The position numbers and the translations under genes are program-made. Positions 28,316 through 37,127 of a stretch of DNA of 64,000 bases are shown one piece after another. Source of the stretch: an uncultured Gammaproteobacteria bacterium (lineage in GTDB: Bacteria; Patescibacteriota; Microgenomatia; Levybacterales; UBA12049); assembly GCA_964503265.1 (NCBI GenBank), contig CAZCYO010000002.1, forward strand, positions 194,604 to 258,603, written 5' to 3'. Under the pieces are notes generated by a model. The model was not told the DNA's origin, ran no database searches, and saw only the letters and a program-made list of their open reading frames with translations. Position 1 is the first letter of the stretch; every line of letters begins with the position of its first letter.

Positions 28316-28753
28316 CTATTGGACAGGTGCCTGTGGACTCTGCCGTTCAGCTTCGAGTAGCATGAATTTGCGACGAAGATCGTCCAGCTCCTGAGCGCGA
28401 GTGCGAGTGCCAAATGACACTTGCTCATGACGCAGGAGATATCGTATCTCCACTTCGAGGTATTGGATCGCCAGCACGTACTCACCTCGCTCGAGTGCCG
28501 AGATGACAGATTCGTAATAGTCGATCCGCTGCTGCCAGATATCTACATCCTTTTGAGAGTTACTCACAGCACCTCGAACGACCCAACGTTCGATACGCCA
28601 TCCGAGAGTCCACCAATGGAATACTTCAGCAATCTCCGTTAGGAGACCTTGGTTGTACCTCAGTTTTCGAGTGGCCTCCTCGAGTTCCAACTCTCCCTGG
28701 TGCTTTTCGTTCCGCAAGAGTTCAAGCGTCCGACTAACGACATCCGATGACAT
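28316..28753 (-). CDS. Hypothetical helical protein (GC-rich), 145 aa
   Basis: Intact ORF. The terminator module (29050-29110) of the upstream paralog cassette lies further upstream. Confidence 0.45.
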   Translation of the reverse strand: MSSDVVSRTLELLRNEKHQGELELEEATRKLRYNQGLLTEIAEVFHWWTLGWRIERWVVRGAVSNSQKDVDIWQQRIDYYESVISALERGEYVLAIQYLEVEIRYLLRHEQVSFGTRTRAQELDDLRRKFMLLEAERQSPQAPVQ

Positions 28754-29049
28754 CTCGCCCTCTCCTTTCTGAGAGATACTCCGTGTTTTCCTACGATTCT
28801 AGGGTAGATGATTTCAGCTGGATAAGCTTTTTGCTCCTCCTTTGGTTAGTTTCACATCATCACAGGTGATGACTTCCTAGGTATTTTGAAAAAATACACA
28901 CGAAGCCATCACCTATTACCCAGTACATTCATTCTGTATCAATGTGCTAAAAATCTCTCGACGACTAGAGACAGCGTTCTAGTCTAAAGCGTCAAAAAGA
29001 ATGAGGGAAGTTTAGCACAAACTGAAGGAAATTAGGGAAAAAGACTGCT

Positions 29050-29110
29050 AAAACGCGAAACGCCCCGGGGTAAGCCGGGGCGTATTTCGCACGAAATGTT
29101 AGTTACGGAA
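29050..29110 (-). terminator. Duplicated terminator module, copy 1 (two hairpins + T-tract on minus strand)
   Basis: Minus-strand: stop, catttcgtgcgaaat (hairpin), cgccccggcttaccccggggcg (8-bp GC hairpin), tttcgcgtttt. The 61-nt copy differs from 30257-30317 at 3 positions. Confidence 0.75.
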
Positions 29111-29941
29111 TTTGTACGCCATTTTGTCTGCCTCTTCTGCGGGCAGAGTAGCGGAGCTGATGTACTCCCTCCTGGTGACGATCCAGCCGTCCAGAATCTC
29201 AGTGACCCTGTAGACAATGATTCGCCAAGAAGTCGAACCTTTCTCTGCAAGCAAGAGACTGTTACCCGTGAAGATGATATCTCCTACTTTCACAGGAACG
29301 AGCGTGTGGTGCAAGAAGAGATCATAGCGATCTCGTTGCGTGCGATACACATAGGGCGAGACTCGCTCGCCTGACAAGTCGCTGCTGAGCAGATAGATAT
29401 TCCCCGCAGACGGAGGAAACTCATCGACTGTCCAGAGGGCATTATGCCCACCTGAAGTCTTCTTGATCTGGAAGAACAGTTCCCGAGGGAACTGTTCCTG
29501 CGGAACGATCTCCGAATCGCGGAGGGCTGCGATAGCATCCGCCACGACGCGGTTCCTGTCTGAGTGAGTTGTAAATCGACGAATATAGCTCAGTTTATGC
29601 ACCATATCCTCGATACTGCAGAGATGCGTCGCCCACCATGCACACGTGTAGCGACCACTCACGCGAGTCTTCTCATGCCCAGCTGACAAACCATCTGTCG
29701 AATATTCGGGAAGCCCGATATCCTTCAGAACGGTGTTGAGAGCCTGGACCGATTCGAGCTGCGAATAGCCAAAACCCGTTATGGTCATCGTACCAGTCAA
29801 GTTTTGGCCGAGTGTGCGCTCGACACCCTCAAGGTACGCCTTTTCACTGGCCCCGCGCAACACTCCAACAAAAAGATTGCCGTCCCGAAAGGACTCAGGC
29901 GTCATGTGTTCGAACCGTGATGGCATAATGGTCGTAGTCAT
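29099..29941 (-). CDS. Hypothetical protein; C-terminal domain paralogous to 30310..30717 and 30731..31183
   Basis: ORF 29099..29971; RBS ggaggaagg precedes M11 (MTTTIMPSRF…) at 29941. C-terminal …HNALWTVDEFPPSAG… matches …LLWTDDDFPSEV… and …VLWTIEDFPDSL… of the tandem paralogs. Confidence 0.6.
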   Translation of the reverse strand: MTTTIMPSRFEHMTPESFRDGNLFVGVLRGASEKAYLEGVERTLGQNLTGTMTITGFGYSQLESVQALNTVLKDIGLPEYSTDGLSAGHEKTRVSGRYTCAWWATHLCSIEDMVHKLSYIRRFTTHSDRNRVVADAIAALRDSEIVPQEQFPRELFFQIKKTSGGHNALWTVDEFPPSAGNIYLLSSDLSGERVSPYVYRTQRDRYDLFLHHTLVPVKVGDIIFTGNSLLLAEKGSTSWRIIVYRVTEILDGWIVTRREYISSATLPAEEADKMAYKFRN

Positions 29942-30017
29942 GCCTTCCTCCACATGTAAGTGAAACAACAATCAGGGCAACCATACAGGAAAGAAATCTT
30001 TCTTTCATCTATGGCAA

Positions 30018-30125
30018 CCCCGATATAAATCCGTAACTTATTAACGTGCCTGCCCGCCTATAATCGCTCTTTAAGCCGCTCCCTGATATACATCGGGAAA
30101 AGGCGAAAAGGAAGATATAGTGGGC
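30018..30125 (-). repeat. Conserved ~108-nt leader repeat, copy 1 (upstream of 29099..29941)
   Basis: ccccgatataaatccgtaacttattaacgtgcctgcccgcctataatcgctctttaagccgctccctgatatacatcgggaaaaggcgaaaaggaagatatagtgggc; about 90% identical to 31220-31329. Confidence 0.85.
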
Positions 30126-30256
30126 TATAAAAAATGACTATGTTCCCTTAGAAAGCTTTCAAATGAAGCTAAAAAGAGAATATATTCGAGGAAAGTATAA
30201 CAAAAAATCGCACTGAAGTCAAACTATAGGATTATTTACGTGGGTTGTCTAGCCCT

Positions 30257-30317
30257 AAAACGCGAAACGCCCCGGGGTAAGCCGGGGCGTGATTCGCACG
30301 AAATGATAGTTACGGAA
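30257..30317 (-). terminator. Duplicated terminator module, copy 2
   Basis: Same architecture as 29050-29110, directly after the stop of 30310..30717. Confidence 0.75.
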
Positions 30318-30717
30318 ATAGTACTTGCTTTGCCAGACGTCCTGGCAAGACCGAGACCGGTACATGGATCGGGACCAGAGCGACCCAGCCAATCTTCTTG
30401 AACAATCCCACGACTATGTAGCCGGGGATTTCGTAGGTGTTATTCCGCCTCCTGGCACGAGTACTTTCAGCGGTGAAAACAACAAAGTTCTTCCGAAGTG
30501 GCACTAGGTGGATACTACGTGACACGTCAGATAGATCCCGCTTTGTGCGAAGATGTGGGGGATCGATAAAAATCCCCTTCGAATAGTCGAGGATGAGCAA
30601 CTTTGTGCCTATGACTTCGCTGGGAAAATCATCATCCGTCCAGAGGAGCGGTTGACCTTTCCAACTGACGAGTGTCTGGAGGTAGCGATTGTTTACGAGA
30701 TAGTCTTGAAACGCCAT
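30310..30717 (-). CDS. Hypothetical protein, paralog family member (135 aa)
   Basis: MAFQDYLVNNRYLQTLVSWKGQPLLWTDDDFPSEV… aligns with the adjacent 150-aa gene; 13-nt gap suggests co-transcription. Confidence 0.6.
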   Translation of the reverse strand: MAFQDYLVNNRYLQTLVSWKGQPLLWTDDDFPSEVIGTKLLILDYSKGIFIDPPHLRTKRDLSDVSRSIHLVPLRKNFVVFTAESTRARRRNNTYEIPGYIVVGLFKKIGWVALVPIHVPVSVLPGRLAKQVLFP

Positions 30718-30730
30718 GGTATTCCTCCTC

Positions 30731-31183
30731 TTAGGCCAAACAAACCTGCTCTACCAGATAGTCTGGCAAGGCAGAGAGTTTGACATGAGACGCAGCCAGA
30801 GCAATCCAGCCACGCGCTTTAGTAACGTACTTCACATAGTGACATGTGACGAAGTATTCCCCGTTCCGAAGGATCGCTTTACGACTCACTGTAGTGAGGA
30901 TGATGTGTCCTCCACGAACGCGAACGAGTGAAAGGGTGCGTGAAACATCATAGGGATCGACTTCGGTACGAAGTGGTCGCGGACGAACCAGCTTGCCCTC
31001 ATCATACGCGAATATCTGCAAGCCGGTTTCCGGGAGTAGCGAGTCAGGAAAGTCTTCAATCGTCCAGAGGACAGGTAATCCTGAATCACTAACTAGCGTC
31101 TGGAAGTATCGTTTGTCAACGAGCTGATCTACGAGAGACATGGTGCCTCCTCCACAATCTATTGGTCTCCTATCAGAGACCAC
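30731..31183 (-). CDS. Hypothetical protein, paralog family member (150 aa)
   Basis: …LVDQLVDKRYFQTLVSDSGLPVLWTIEDFPDSL…; RBS ggaggagg; preceded by the conserved ~108-nt leader repeat. Confidence 0.6.
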   Translation of the reverse strand: MVSDRRPIDCGGGTMSLVDQLVDKRYFQTLVSDSGLPVLWTIEDFPDSLLPETGLQIFAYDEGKLVRPRPLRTEVDPYDVSRTLSLVRVRGGHIILTTVSRKAILRNGEYFVTCHYVKYVTKARGWIALAASHVKLSALPDYLVEQVCLA

Positions 31184-31219
31184 CAGAGAAAAAATAACTA
31201 ATTACGCTCTCTCTGGTGG

Positions 31220-31329
31220 CCCTGATAAAAATTCCGTAACTTATTAACGTGCTTGCCCGCCTATAATCACTCTTTAAGCCGCTCTCCGAAAATACATCGG
31301 GAAAAGGCGAAAAGGAAGATATGGTGGGC
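31220..31329 (-). repeat. Conserved ~108-nt leader repeat, copy 2 (upstream of 30731..31183)
   Basis: ccctgataaaaattccgtaacttattaacgtgcttgcccgcctataatcactctttaagccgctctccgaaaatacatcgggaaaaggcgaaaaggaagatatggtgggc. Confidence 0.85.
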
Positions 31330-31434
31330 GAGAAAAGAACTATATCCCTTTTATCGTTATCACATAAAACGAGAAAGAATATATAATTCAGAGTGAAGTA
31401 TAGCAAAATGAAGGTAAATTATACAACTATGGGG

Positions 31435-32163
31435 TTATCTTTGGATAACTTTTCGAAGTTTCTCTACTTCCTCACCCGTCAATTCCCTATGCTCCCCTTC
31501 TGGAAGGTCGCCAAGTTCGACTGGGCCGAATTTCACTCTCGCTAAATTAATGAGTTTGATCCCTGTCACCAGACACATTCGTCTGACCTGTCTATTTCTT
31601 CCTTCATGAATCGTCAGTTTAAGAACCGTCTCATCTTTTGATGCAGTAACTACGCTCACTTCGGCCGGGAGCGTCTTTCCATCATTCAGATCTACTCCAT
31701 CTCGTAGTGTCTCAAGTTGGTCTTTTGAAACCATGCCTGCGATCGTCAATCGGTATACTTTCGGCACATGGTATTTCGGATGCGTCAGCTGGTGAGTGAG
31801 TTCTCCATCATCTGTCAGAAGAATGATCCCCGTCGTATCTTTATCAAGTCTTCCCACAGGATAAATCGCTCGTGTGGTCTGGATATTCGATGTCACATCT
31901 TCTCTCCCCAGTTCATCAGAGGTCGTCGAGATAACATTTTTGGGTTTATGCAGCAAATAGTAGACAAATAGTCCCTCTGTTCGTGCTTCGCCGTTAAGCG
32001 TTATCGTATCAATTGCCGGATCAATTTTCGTTTCAGGCGTAGTTACATTCGTCCCGTTAATGGTCAGAGCATTTTCTTTAAGAAATCTTCTGGCGTTACG
32101 CCTAGAACTCAGACCAGTCTCTGAAAGATATTTATCGACCCGTATGCTGCTGTTCTTTTTCAT
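31435..32163 (-). CDS. Pseudouridine synthase, RsuA/RluB family (S4 domain + catalytic domain)
   Basis: ORF 31435..32205; probable start MKKNSSIRVDKYL at 32163. S4 RNA-binding N-terminus; catalytic …GRLDKDTTGIILLTDDGELTHQLTHPKYHVPKVY…. Confidence 0.85.
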   Translation of the reverse strand: MKKNSSIRVDKYLSETGLSSRRNARRFLKENALTINGTNVTTPETKIDPAIDTITLNGEARTEGLFVYYLLHKPKNVISTTSDELGREDVTSNIQTTRAIYPVGRLDKDTTGIILLTDDGELTHQLTHPKYHVPKVYRLTIAGMVSKDQLETLRDGVDLNDGKTLPAEVSVVTASKDETVLKLTIHEGRNRQVRRMCLVTGIKLINLARVKFGPVELGDLPEGEHRELTGEEVEKLRKVIQR

Positions 32164-32335
32164 GTCGCTATTATAGCAAGCACGCAACGTAAATCCCATA
32201 GTCAAAGATTGTGCTATAATTTAGCGCGTAACACAGTCGATTTGTACGTTTGTTCTTTAACATTACCTCCTTGTTAGGCCTTTGGATATGACGTGTGTCA
32301 TATCTAAAAACCCTGATCGTTAAAGGAGGTTCTCG

Positions 32336-33031
32336 ATGCTCCGTAAGATTCAGCCGAGGCATGTGACGACTGTGGCAGTACTGGTATTCATCCTCTTCGT
32401 CATCAACGTTGGAATTGCGTATCGCGAAGATCAGCAGGCGAAGAAAGCCTTCTGTCCTCGCCCACCAATTCTGTCGATGAACGGATCAAGCGTATATGTC
32501 GTCCCAGAAGTCGATGTGGTCCATAACCCACAGCAGACAAATACGCTCTATCTCAAGGACGAGAAGAACAACCAGAGGACGCTTGCTCGGTTTACCGGCA
32601 TCCGCTTCTCCGCTCCAAGTTGGTCACCGACTGGAAAGTTCATCGTCTTCGTGGCTACGTATGTCGGAGAGAATACTCGCAGTGAAATCTGGCGAGTTAA
32701 TCCCGATGGCACAGGCTTACAATCCTTAGTCGGCTTCGAAGACACGTTCCAAAATCCCAACCACCCTCAGGTCTCGCCTGACGGAAGGTATGTGATTCTT
32801 GATGCCTATTCAGGCATTATGGAACTTGATGTCGAGACGCTTGCAGTAGCATGGGTGGTCGTATCCAAAACCGAGCAACTCGATGCCTCTGACTGGTACT
32901 ACTTCACCAACCCGACATACATCGGCACTGACGGTGCAATCTCGTACACATATTCTGGAGCCCACGAATCTGGCTTCGGCTATACCGACGAAAAAGGCGA
33001 GAACTACAACGTAACACCGTGGTGTAAATAA
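32336..33031 (+). CDS. Membrane-anchored TolB/PD40-like beta-propeller repeat protein
   Basis: N-terminal TM (VAVLVFILFVINVGIAY); repeats …SWSPTGKFIVF…, …PQVSPDGRYVIL… typical of PD40/WD40-like TolB blades. GC-rich. Confidence 0.55.
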   Translation: MLRKIQPRHVTTVAVLVFILFVINVGIAYREDQQAKKAFCPRPPILSMNGSSVYVVPEVDVVHNPQQTNTLYLKDEKNNQRTLARFTGIRFSAPSWSPTGKFIVFVATYVGENTRSEIWRVNPDGTGLQSLVGFEDTFQNPNHPQVSPDGRYVILDAYSGIMELDVETLAVAWVVVSKTEQLDASDWYYFTNPTYIGTDGAISYTYSGAHESGFGYTDEKGENYNVTPWCK

Positions 33032-33318
33032 CCACGACTATCAGGACGGGAGATGTGAAGAATATGGGTAACCTATCTTCACATCTCCCACCCCCTCACC
33101 ACATAAGCAACTAATCTTTTCCTGACAAATTCCAGACGAAATAGTCCTATAGCTTTACTTTTGTGGCTATTTTTGATACCATCACAGTATACTGATTATC
33201 AGTATGAACATTAACAATTTTTGAAAGTGACTATTTGGCCGTGCCAGAAGAGACATAACACACGTTATTTCCCTCCTGGCAACTGTGCCAAATAGATCTC
33301 ATACAGGAGTAAGACCGC

Positions 33319-33708
33319 ATGAAGGCGCTCGTGACGATCCTTTCTTCCGATTTCTACTTCGAAAAAACAGGACAGCAAGGTCGCCATGACTTAGCATATG
33401 CGCTAAGTGAGCGAATCGATTCGGAAATTAACCGACGGACACGAACAGGACATGATGTCCTTGTATCCTGGGCCAGTCCATTCGACGAAGAGTCGTCTCA
33501 TAATATGCCTTCGTTCTACATCACCGTCAAACTGGTCGTCGAAATCAATGGCGATCAGATCCTGAGCATCGTTTCAGAGATCAAGCGTGCCTTCGAGATC
33601 TCTCCTGCGATTCAGTACGGATCTATCTTCATCATCGAGATCATGCCCCATGGCTCGATCGACTCAAGTACCTTCGAGCTCGTGAAGGAGTATATGGAGG
33701 TTCGATGA
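33319..33708 (+). CDS. Hypothetical protein, paralog of 26103..26480
   Basis: 129 aa; shared VSW(A/T)(S/A)PF(D/E)… block. Its stop overlaps the start of the next gene by 4 nt (ATGA). Confidence 0.55.
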   Translation: MKALVTILSSDFYFEKTGQQGRHDLAYALSERIDSEINRRTRTGHDVLVSWASPFDEESSHNMPSFYITVKLVVEINGDQILSIVSEIKRAFEISPAIQYGSIFIIEIMPHGSIDSSTFELVKEYMEVR

Positions 33709-33995
33709 ACGAACTCGCGAGGGATCTCATTCTGATCTTCGGCCCGATGGCCGCATCTGCTCTCGTAGCAGTCGTCTACTGGAGGTGGCCGAGTCTGGAT
33801 ACGGACGATTCATTCCCTTACATCGCTCTTTGCTTCATCGCAGCGTCGTTCGTCCTTCCATGGCTTGGCTTCATGTGGCTGTCTAATCTCCACTGGATCA
33901 TAAGATTTATGTTAAGCGTAACATGCGCTTGTATAAGTTTTGTGATTCTCTTGGTGCTAACAGTGCGCCTCCCGGCCAGAAGTCCGACCGAGTAA
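33705..33995 (+). CDS. Small membrane protein (3 predicted TM), translationally coupled to 33319
   Basis: 96 aa, hydrophobic segments; ATGA start/stop overlap. Confidence 0.5.
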   Translation: MNELARDLILIFGPMAASALVAVVYWRWPSLDTDDSFPYIALCFIAASFVLPWLGFMWLSNLHWIIRFMLSVTCACISFVILLVLTVRLPARSPTE

Positions 33996-34264
33996 CACTT
34001 TCAAAAATTGAACACCACAAGCCCTGAAGGGCATAAAGGAGCGTGTGCGCTATCGTTGCATGAAAGCGCAACGAACTGAGCCCACTCTCCCACTCTTCAG
34101 GGCTCTTTTCGTTACCCCCAAAAAAAATTACAAAGTAATAGTTCCTTAGTATATACAAGAAAGCACCGGTTGGTAGCGACGTACCAACAGTATGCTTCTT
34201 GTCCCGCAAGTGGGAAGCCGAAGTCGTACTACAACACGCCGCACCAAGTTCCGGTGCTTAAAGA

Positions 34265-34903
34265 TTATGTTCGAGAGAGTATGTTCAGGATGAGATCCAT
34301 AGCCTCACGATGAAACTGAATAGCTTGGCTTCGCCAAGCCAGGCCAGCCGATGAATGACTAAGAAGTCCCTCTGACTTCTCTAGTAGTCCACGTTCGCTG
34401 ATAGCCCTGCGCATATCGGGATGTAACTCCCTCATCATCCTGAGCGTACTGGTGTCTGCCCTGAGCGTTTTGAGCAGCCACTGATCGAGTTTCGACCACC
34501 AGGTCTCCAGATCATACGAAGGCTGCGTATCGATCCAGGCAGCAAGCTCGGTTCCGGTTAGTTCCCAGTCGTCAAACTGTCCCCAACCGGAAACATACTC
34601 CCTGGCAAATGCCTCTGCATAGTATTCCCACGGGAATACAAAATAGAGAGGCACATCGCTACGCCGTTTCAAGTCACCTCCCACGAAGAAATGATACAAG
34701 ATGCTTTGTGCGAGAGTGAACGATCCAGTTCCAGTAGAGCCCCATTCGAATTGGAAGGCCCATGTAGGGATCTTCGTAAGTGGGGCGTGATTGACAGTAA
34801 CCACCCGTGAGTTATCACGTAAGACAAACCTACCTCGATAGACTACCGTGAGATCAAATTCAGACACGGGATCCTCCTTATGAGTATCTGGTACTACCTC
34901 CAT
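34265..34903 (-). CDS. Hypothetical protein (GC-rich), 212 aa
   Basis: Intact ORF, Trp-rich; no recognisable domain. Confidence 0.45.
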   Translation of the reverse strand: MEVVPDTHKEDPVSEFDLTVVYRGRFVLRDNSRVVTVNHAPLTKIPTWAFQFEWGSTGTGSFTLAQSILYHFFVGGDLKRRSDVPLYFVFPWEYYAEAFAREYVSGWGQFDDWELTGTELAAWIDTQPSYDLETWWSKLDQWLLKTLRADTSTLRMMRELHPDMRRAISERGLLEKSEGLLSHSSAGLAWRSQAIQFHREAMDLILNILSRT

Positions 34904-35101
34904 ATGGGCAGCTTGTAATAGACTGATATCTACTAAAAGCTACCAATGTGAATCACTGTGAAAAGAGCGACATGCGAACCGATGAGATTATATCGTATCT
35001 GCGAGCACGAATTCAACTATGGGATATGATTTAGTACGTAACTAATGTCGAAGTCCACATGTGGAGTATCTCAACCGCGATTTTTAGCTTATCCAGTTTC
35101 A

Positions 35102-35527
35102 TTATTTCCCGACAGATTCGATGGTGAGGATACCGATGGTCGGATATTTGTCATCAGTTTTAGGTTGAAATGTACCAGTAATAGAGACGTTTTCATTCAT
35201 CGGAAGTTGACTCATATGCGCATAGGTCGGGTCAGAATCAACGACAGCATAGTATTTCCCGTCTACTCCTTTAAGCCCAATCGCACATTCCATACTGATA
35301 GGTCCACTCGTATTTTTATGGGGCAGACACATAACTTTTCCTTTTATGGTTACTTTTTCACCAGGCGGCAGTGTCGCAGTCGCATCAATAGGCTGGTCAC
35401 TTGGAACCATTCGATCAGAATATGCTGACGGAGCTTTTTTTTGCAGTGAGAAAAATGCGAGGCCACCGATGAAAGCGAAGAGCAGAATAACAAACAGTAG
35501 AAGTAACCGAGATTTAGTATTACTCAT
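35102..35527 (-). CDS. Signal-anchored exported protein of unknown function
   Basis: ORF 35102..35620; likely start MSNTKSRLLLLFVILLFAFIGG (signal anchor) at 35527. Confidence 0.5.
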   Translation of the reverse strand: MSNTKSRLLLLFVILLFAFIGGLAFFSLQKKAPSAYSDRMVPSDQPIDATATLPPGEKVTIKGKVMCLPHKNTSGPISMECAIGLKGVDGKYYAVVDSDPTYAHMSQLPMNENVSITGTFQPKTDDKYPTIGILTIESVGK

Positions 35528-35697
35528 ATCCACATCTAGCATAACACAAGTGAAATATGCGAATAAATACCCGTACCTATTGTTTTTCGTAGCTTGTATG
35601 GTAGTTTTGACCTCACCCATAGCACTAGTAGAGTAAATTGCTTTCTCTATGAAACACGATTGATTAATCCCCGAAAAGTTACTACACTACCCATACT

Positions 35698-36099
35698 ATG
35701 TATTATTCATACAAATGTCCCTACTGCGGACGAGTTTTTTACACATACGATACAAATAAAGAACGGGCATCACGCACACTTTATTTCACGATCAAACAGC
35801 ACCTCATCGACTATAACGAAGATCATAAAGAGTATGTCTTAGATGACGGAGAAGAAGCAGATAGTGATCAGATTTATGAAGAAATGGTAGAAAGCAACAT
35901 CGCACCCCCAGGAGGATATAAAGCCACGCTGACCAGTCTCAATCAACCTGAAACACACTCTTCACCTTCATCCTACTCAAGTGTAGGAGCGATCATTTTT
36001 CTCGTCGTCCTCATCGGTCTACTCATCGCCATATTCGTCTTTTTCCCAAATCTCGTTACCTCATTCATAGCATCTCTCTCAGCTCCGTTTCAAAACTAA
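35698..36099 (+). CDS. Zinc-ribbon (CPYCG) membrane protein
   Basis: N-terminal YKCPYCGRVF zinc-ribbon-like motif; C-terminal TM helix; intrinsic terminator 36164-36208 downstream. Confidence 0.5.
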   Translation: MYYSYKCPYCGRVFYTYDTNKERASRTLYFTIKQHLIDYNEDHKEYVLDDGEEADSDQIYEEMVESNIAPPGGYKATLTSLNQPETHSSPSSYSSVGAIIFLVVLIGLLIAIFVFFPNLVTSFIASLSAPFQN

Positions 36100-36163
36100 T
36101 CCCTTTTGAAAATCCCTCCTTAAAGAATTTTTATCTTGAGAACATACTACATTCTAAGTAAAT

Positions 36164-36208
36164 CGGGGTTCTCCAGTTTTATATACTGAAGAACCCCGTA
36201 CGTTTTTT
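36164..36208 (+). terminator. Intrinsic terminator of 35698..36099
   Basis: cggggttctccagttttatatactgaagaaccccg + tacgttttttt. Confidence 0.65.
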
Positions 36209-36210
36209 TG

Positions 36211-36552
36211 TTACTCTGCTGACCACGAGTTCACGAACTGGGCAAGCGATTTCGCCCGTCGATTCCTCTCTTCAGCACACTCGCGGCCATCCCCACAGTG
36301 AATACCATGCCGATCCTTTAACGACAAATGAAGGCAGACACGAGTATCGGCTGAAATCACGTCTGCCATGCGTTTGGCATCAGCAAGTGATTCGAGTAGA
36401 TAGAACCTACGAGAGGGAGAGTACTTAGAGTTTTTGCACCGCTCCCCTTCTGTGTTTTCGTGTTCAGGCAGCGAGTAATCATTCAATCGCAAATCCTGAC
36501 CACACTCTCGACAATGTCCCATGACGACGAATGCAAGTTCTTCCATGCTCAT
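36211..36552 (-). CDS. Hypothetical Cys-rich protein (GC-rich), 113 aa
   Basis: Cys pairs (CRECGQ…, …HCGDGREC) suggest a metal-binding module. Confidence 0.4.
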   Translation of the reverse strand: MSMEELAFVVMGHCRECGQDLRLNDYSLPEHENTEGERCKNSKYSPSRRFYLLESLADAKRMADVISADTRVCLHLSLKDRHGIHCGDGRECAEERNRRAKSLAQFVNSWSAE

Positions 36553-36633
36553 CCTCCTGTTGAAATGACTACTCCGAAACTTTCGGATTTCACGGATTAT
36601 AGCAAATATGATGGAATATAAACTATGAAGAAT

Positions 36634-37047
36634 TTACCCGAGGAAATAAATGATTGCGGCGGCGATTTGGAGACATACGAAGATGGATCCGGCTTGGATT
36701 GCGATTTTTTGTACCATCCATTTTTTCTCAGTTCCACCGAAAATCACTGAACTTACCTCTGTTGGGAAAACGAATCCCATCCAGCAGAATGCAGCCAGTG
36801 CAAACGGATTCCAGCTTGTATTGGCGACGAAAATCGCTAGAACTGTCGTAGTGATCAGTGTCATGAGGATTTGAAGACCATAGAATGGTCCCATTTCTTT
36901 CTGCATTTTCTGCTGAACTTCTTTAGAAAGCTTATCAAATCCATGCATTTCCCCCCACTGCTTCCCAAAAAGCAAACCGAACCAAAGAGCACCGGTTATA
37001 AACTGGAGTACTGTAGCGATGATAATTGCGAGGTAATTTATTTGCAT
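36634..37047 (-). CDS. DUF1761-like membrane protein (paralog of 39692..40078)
   Basis: 137 aa, 4 TM; the two paralogs share …YL(A/A)…G(A/Y)LW(F/Y)…F(G/A)K(Q/S)W…. Confidence 0.5.
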   Translation of the reverse strand: MQINYLAIIIATVLQFITGALWFGLLFGKQWGEMHGFDKLSKEVQQKMQKEMGPFYGLQILMTLITTTVLAIFVANTSWNPFALAAFCWMGFVFPTEVSSVIFGGTEKKWMVQKIAIQAGSIFVCLQIAAAIIYFLG

Positions 37048-37127
37048 AGGCGTACTCTCTACATAATAAAATCTTTCTGCCCGTTTTGCAAGAGAAAAAA
37101 TACTTGAGGTAATTACACAGTTCGACG

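Noticed and set aside
30030-30070. Plus-strand sigma-70-like promoter (TTATTA…N15-16…TATAAT) inside the leader repeat
   Set aside because: The genes served by the repeat are on the minus strand and spacing to the -35 is suboptimal. It may drive an antisense or small RNA, but I cannot support this from sequence alone; the repeat is reported only as a conserved leader.
33907-34209. 100-aa ORF on minus strand
   Set aside because: Overlaps a hairpin-rich non-coding spacer; no RBS; more likely structured RNA/terminator region.
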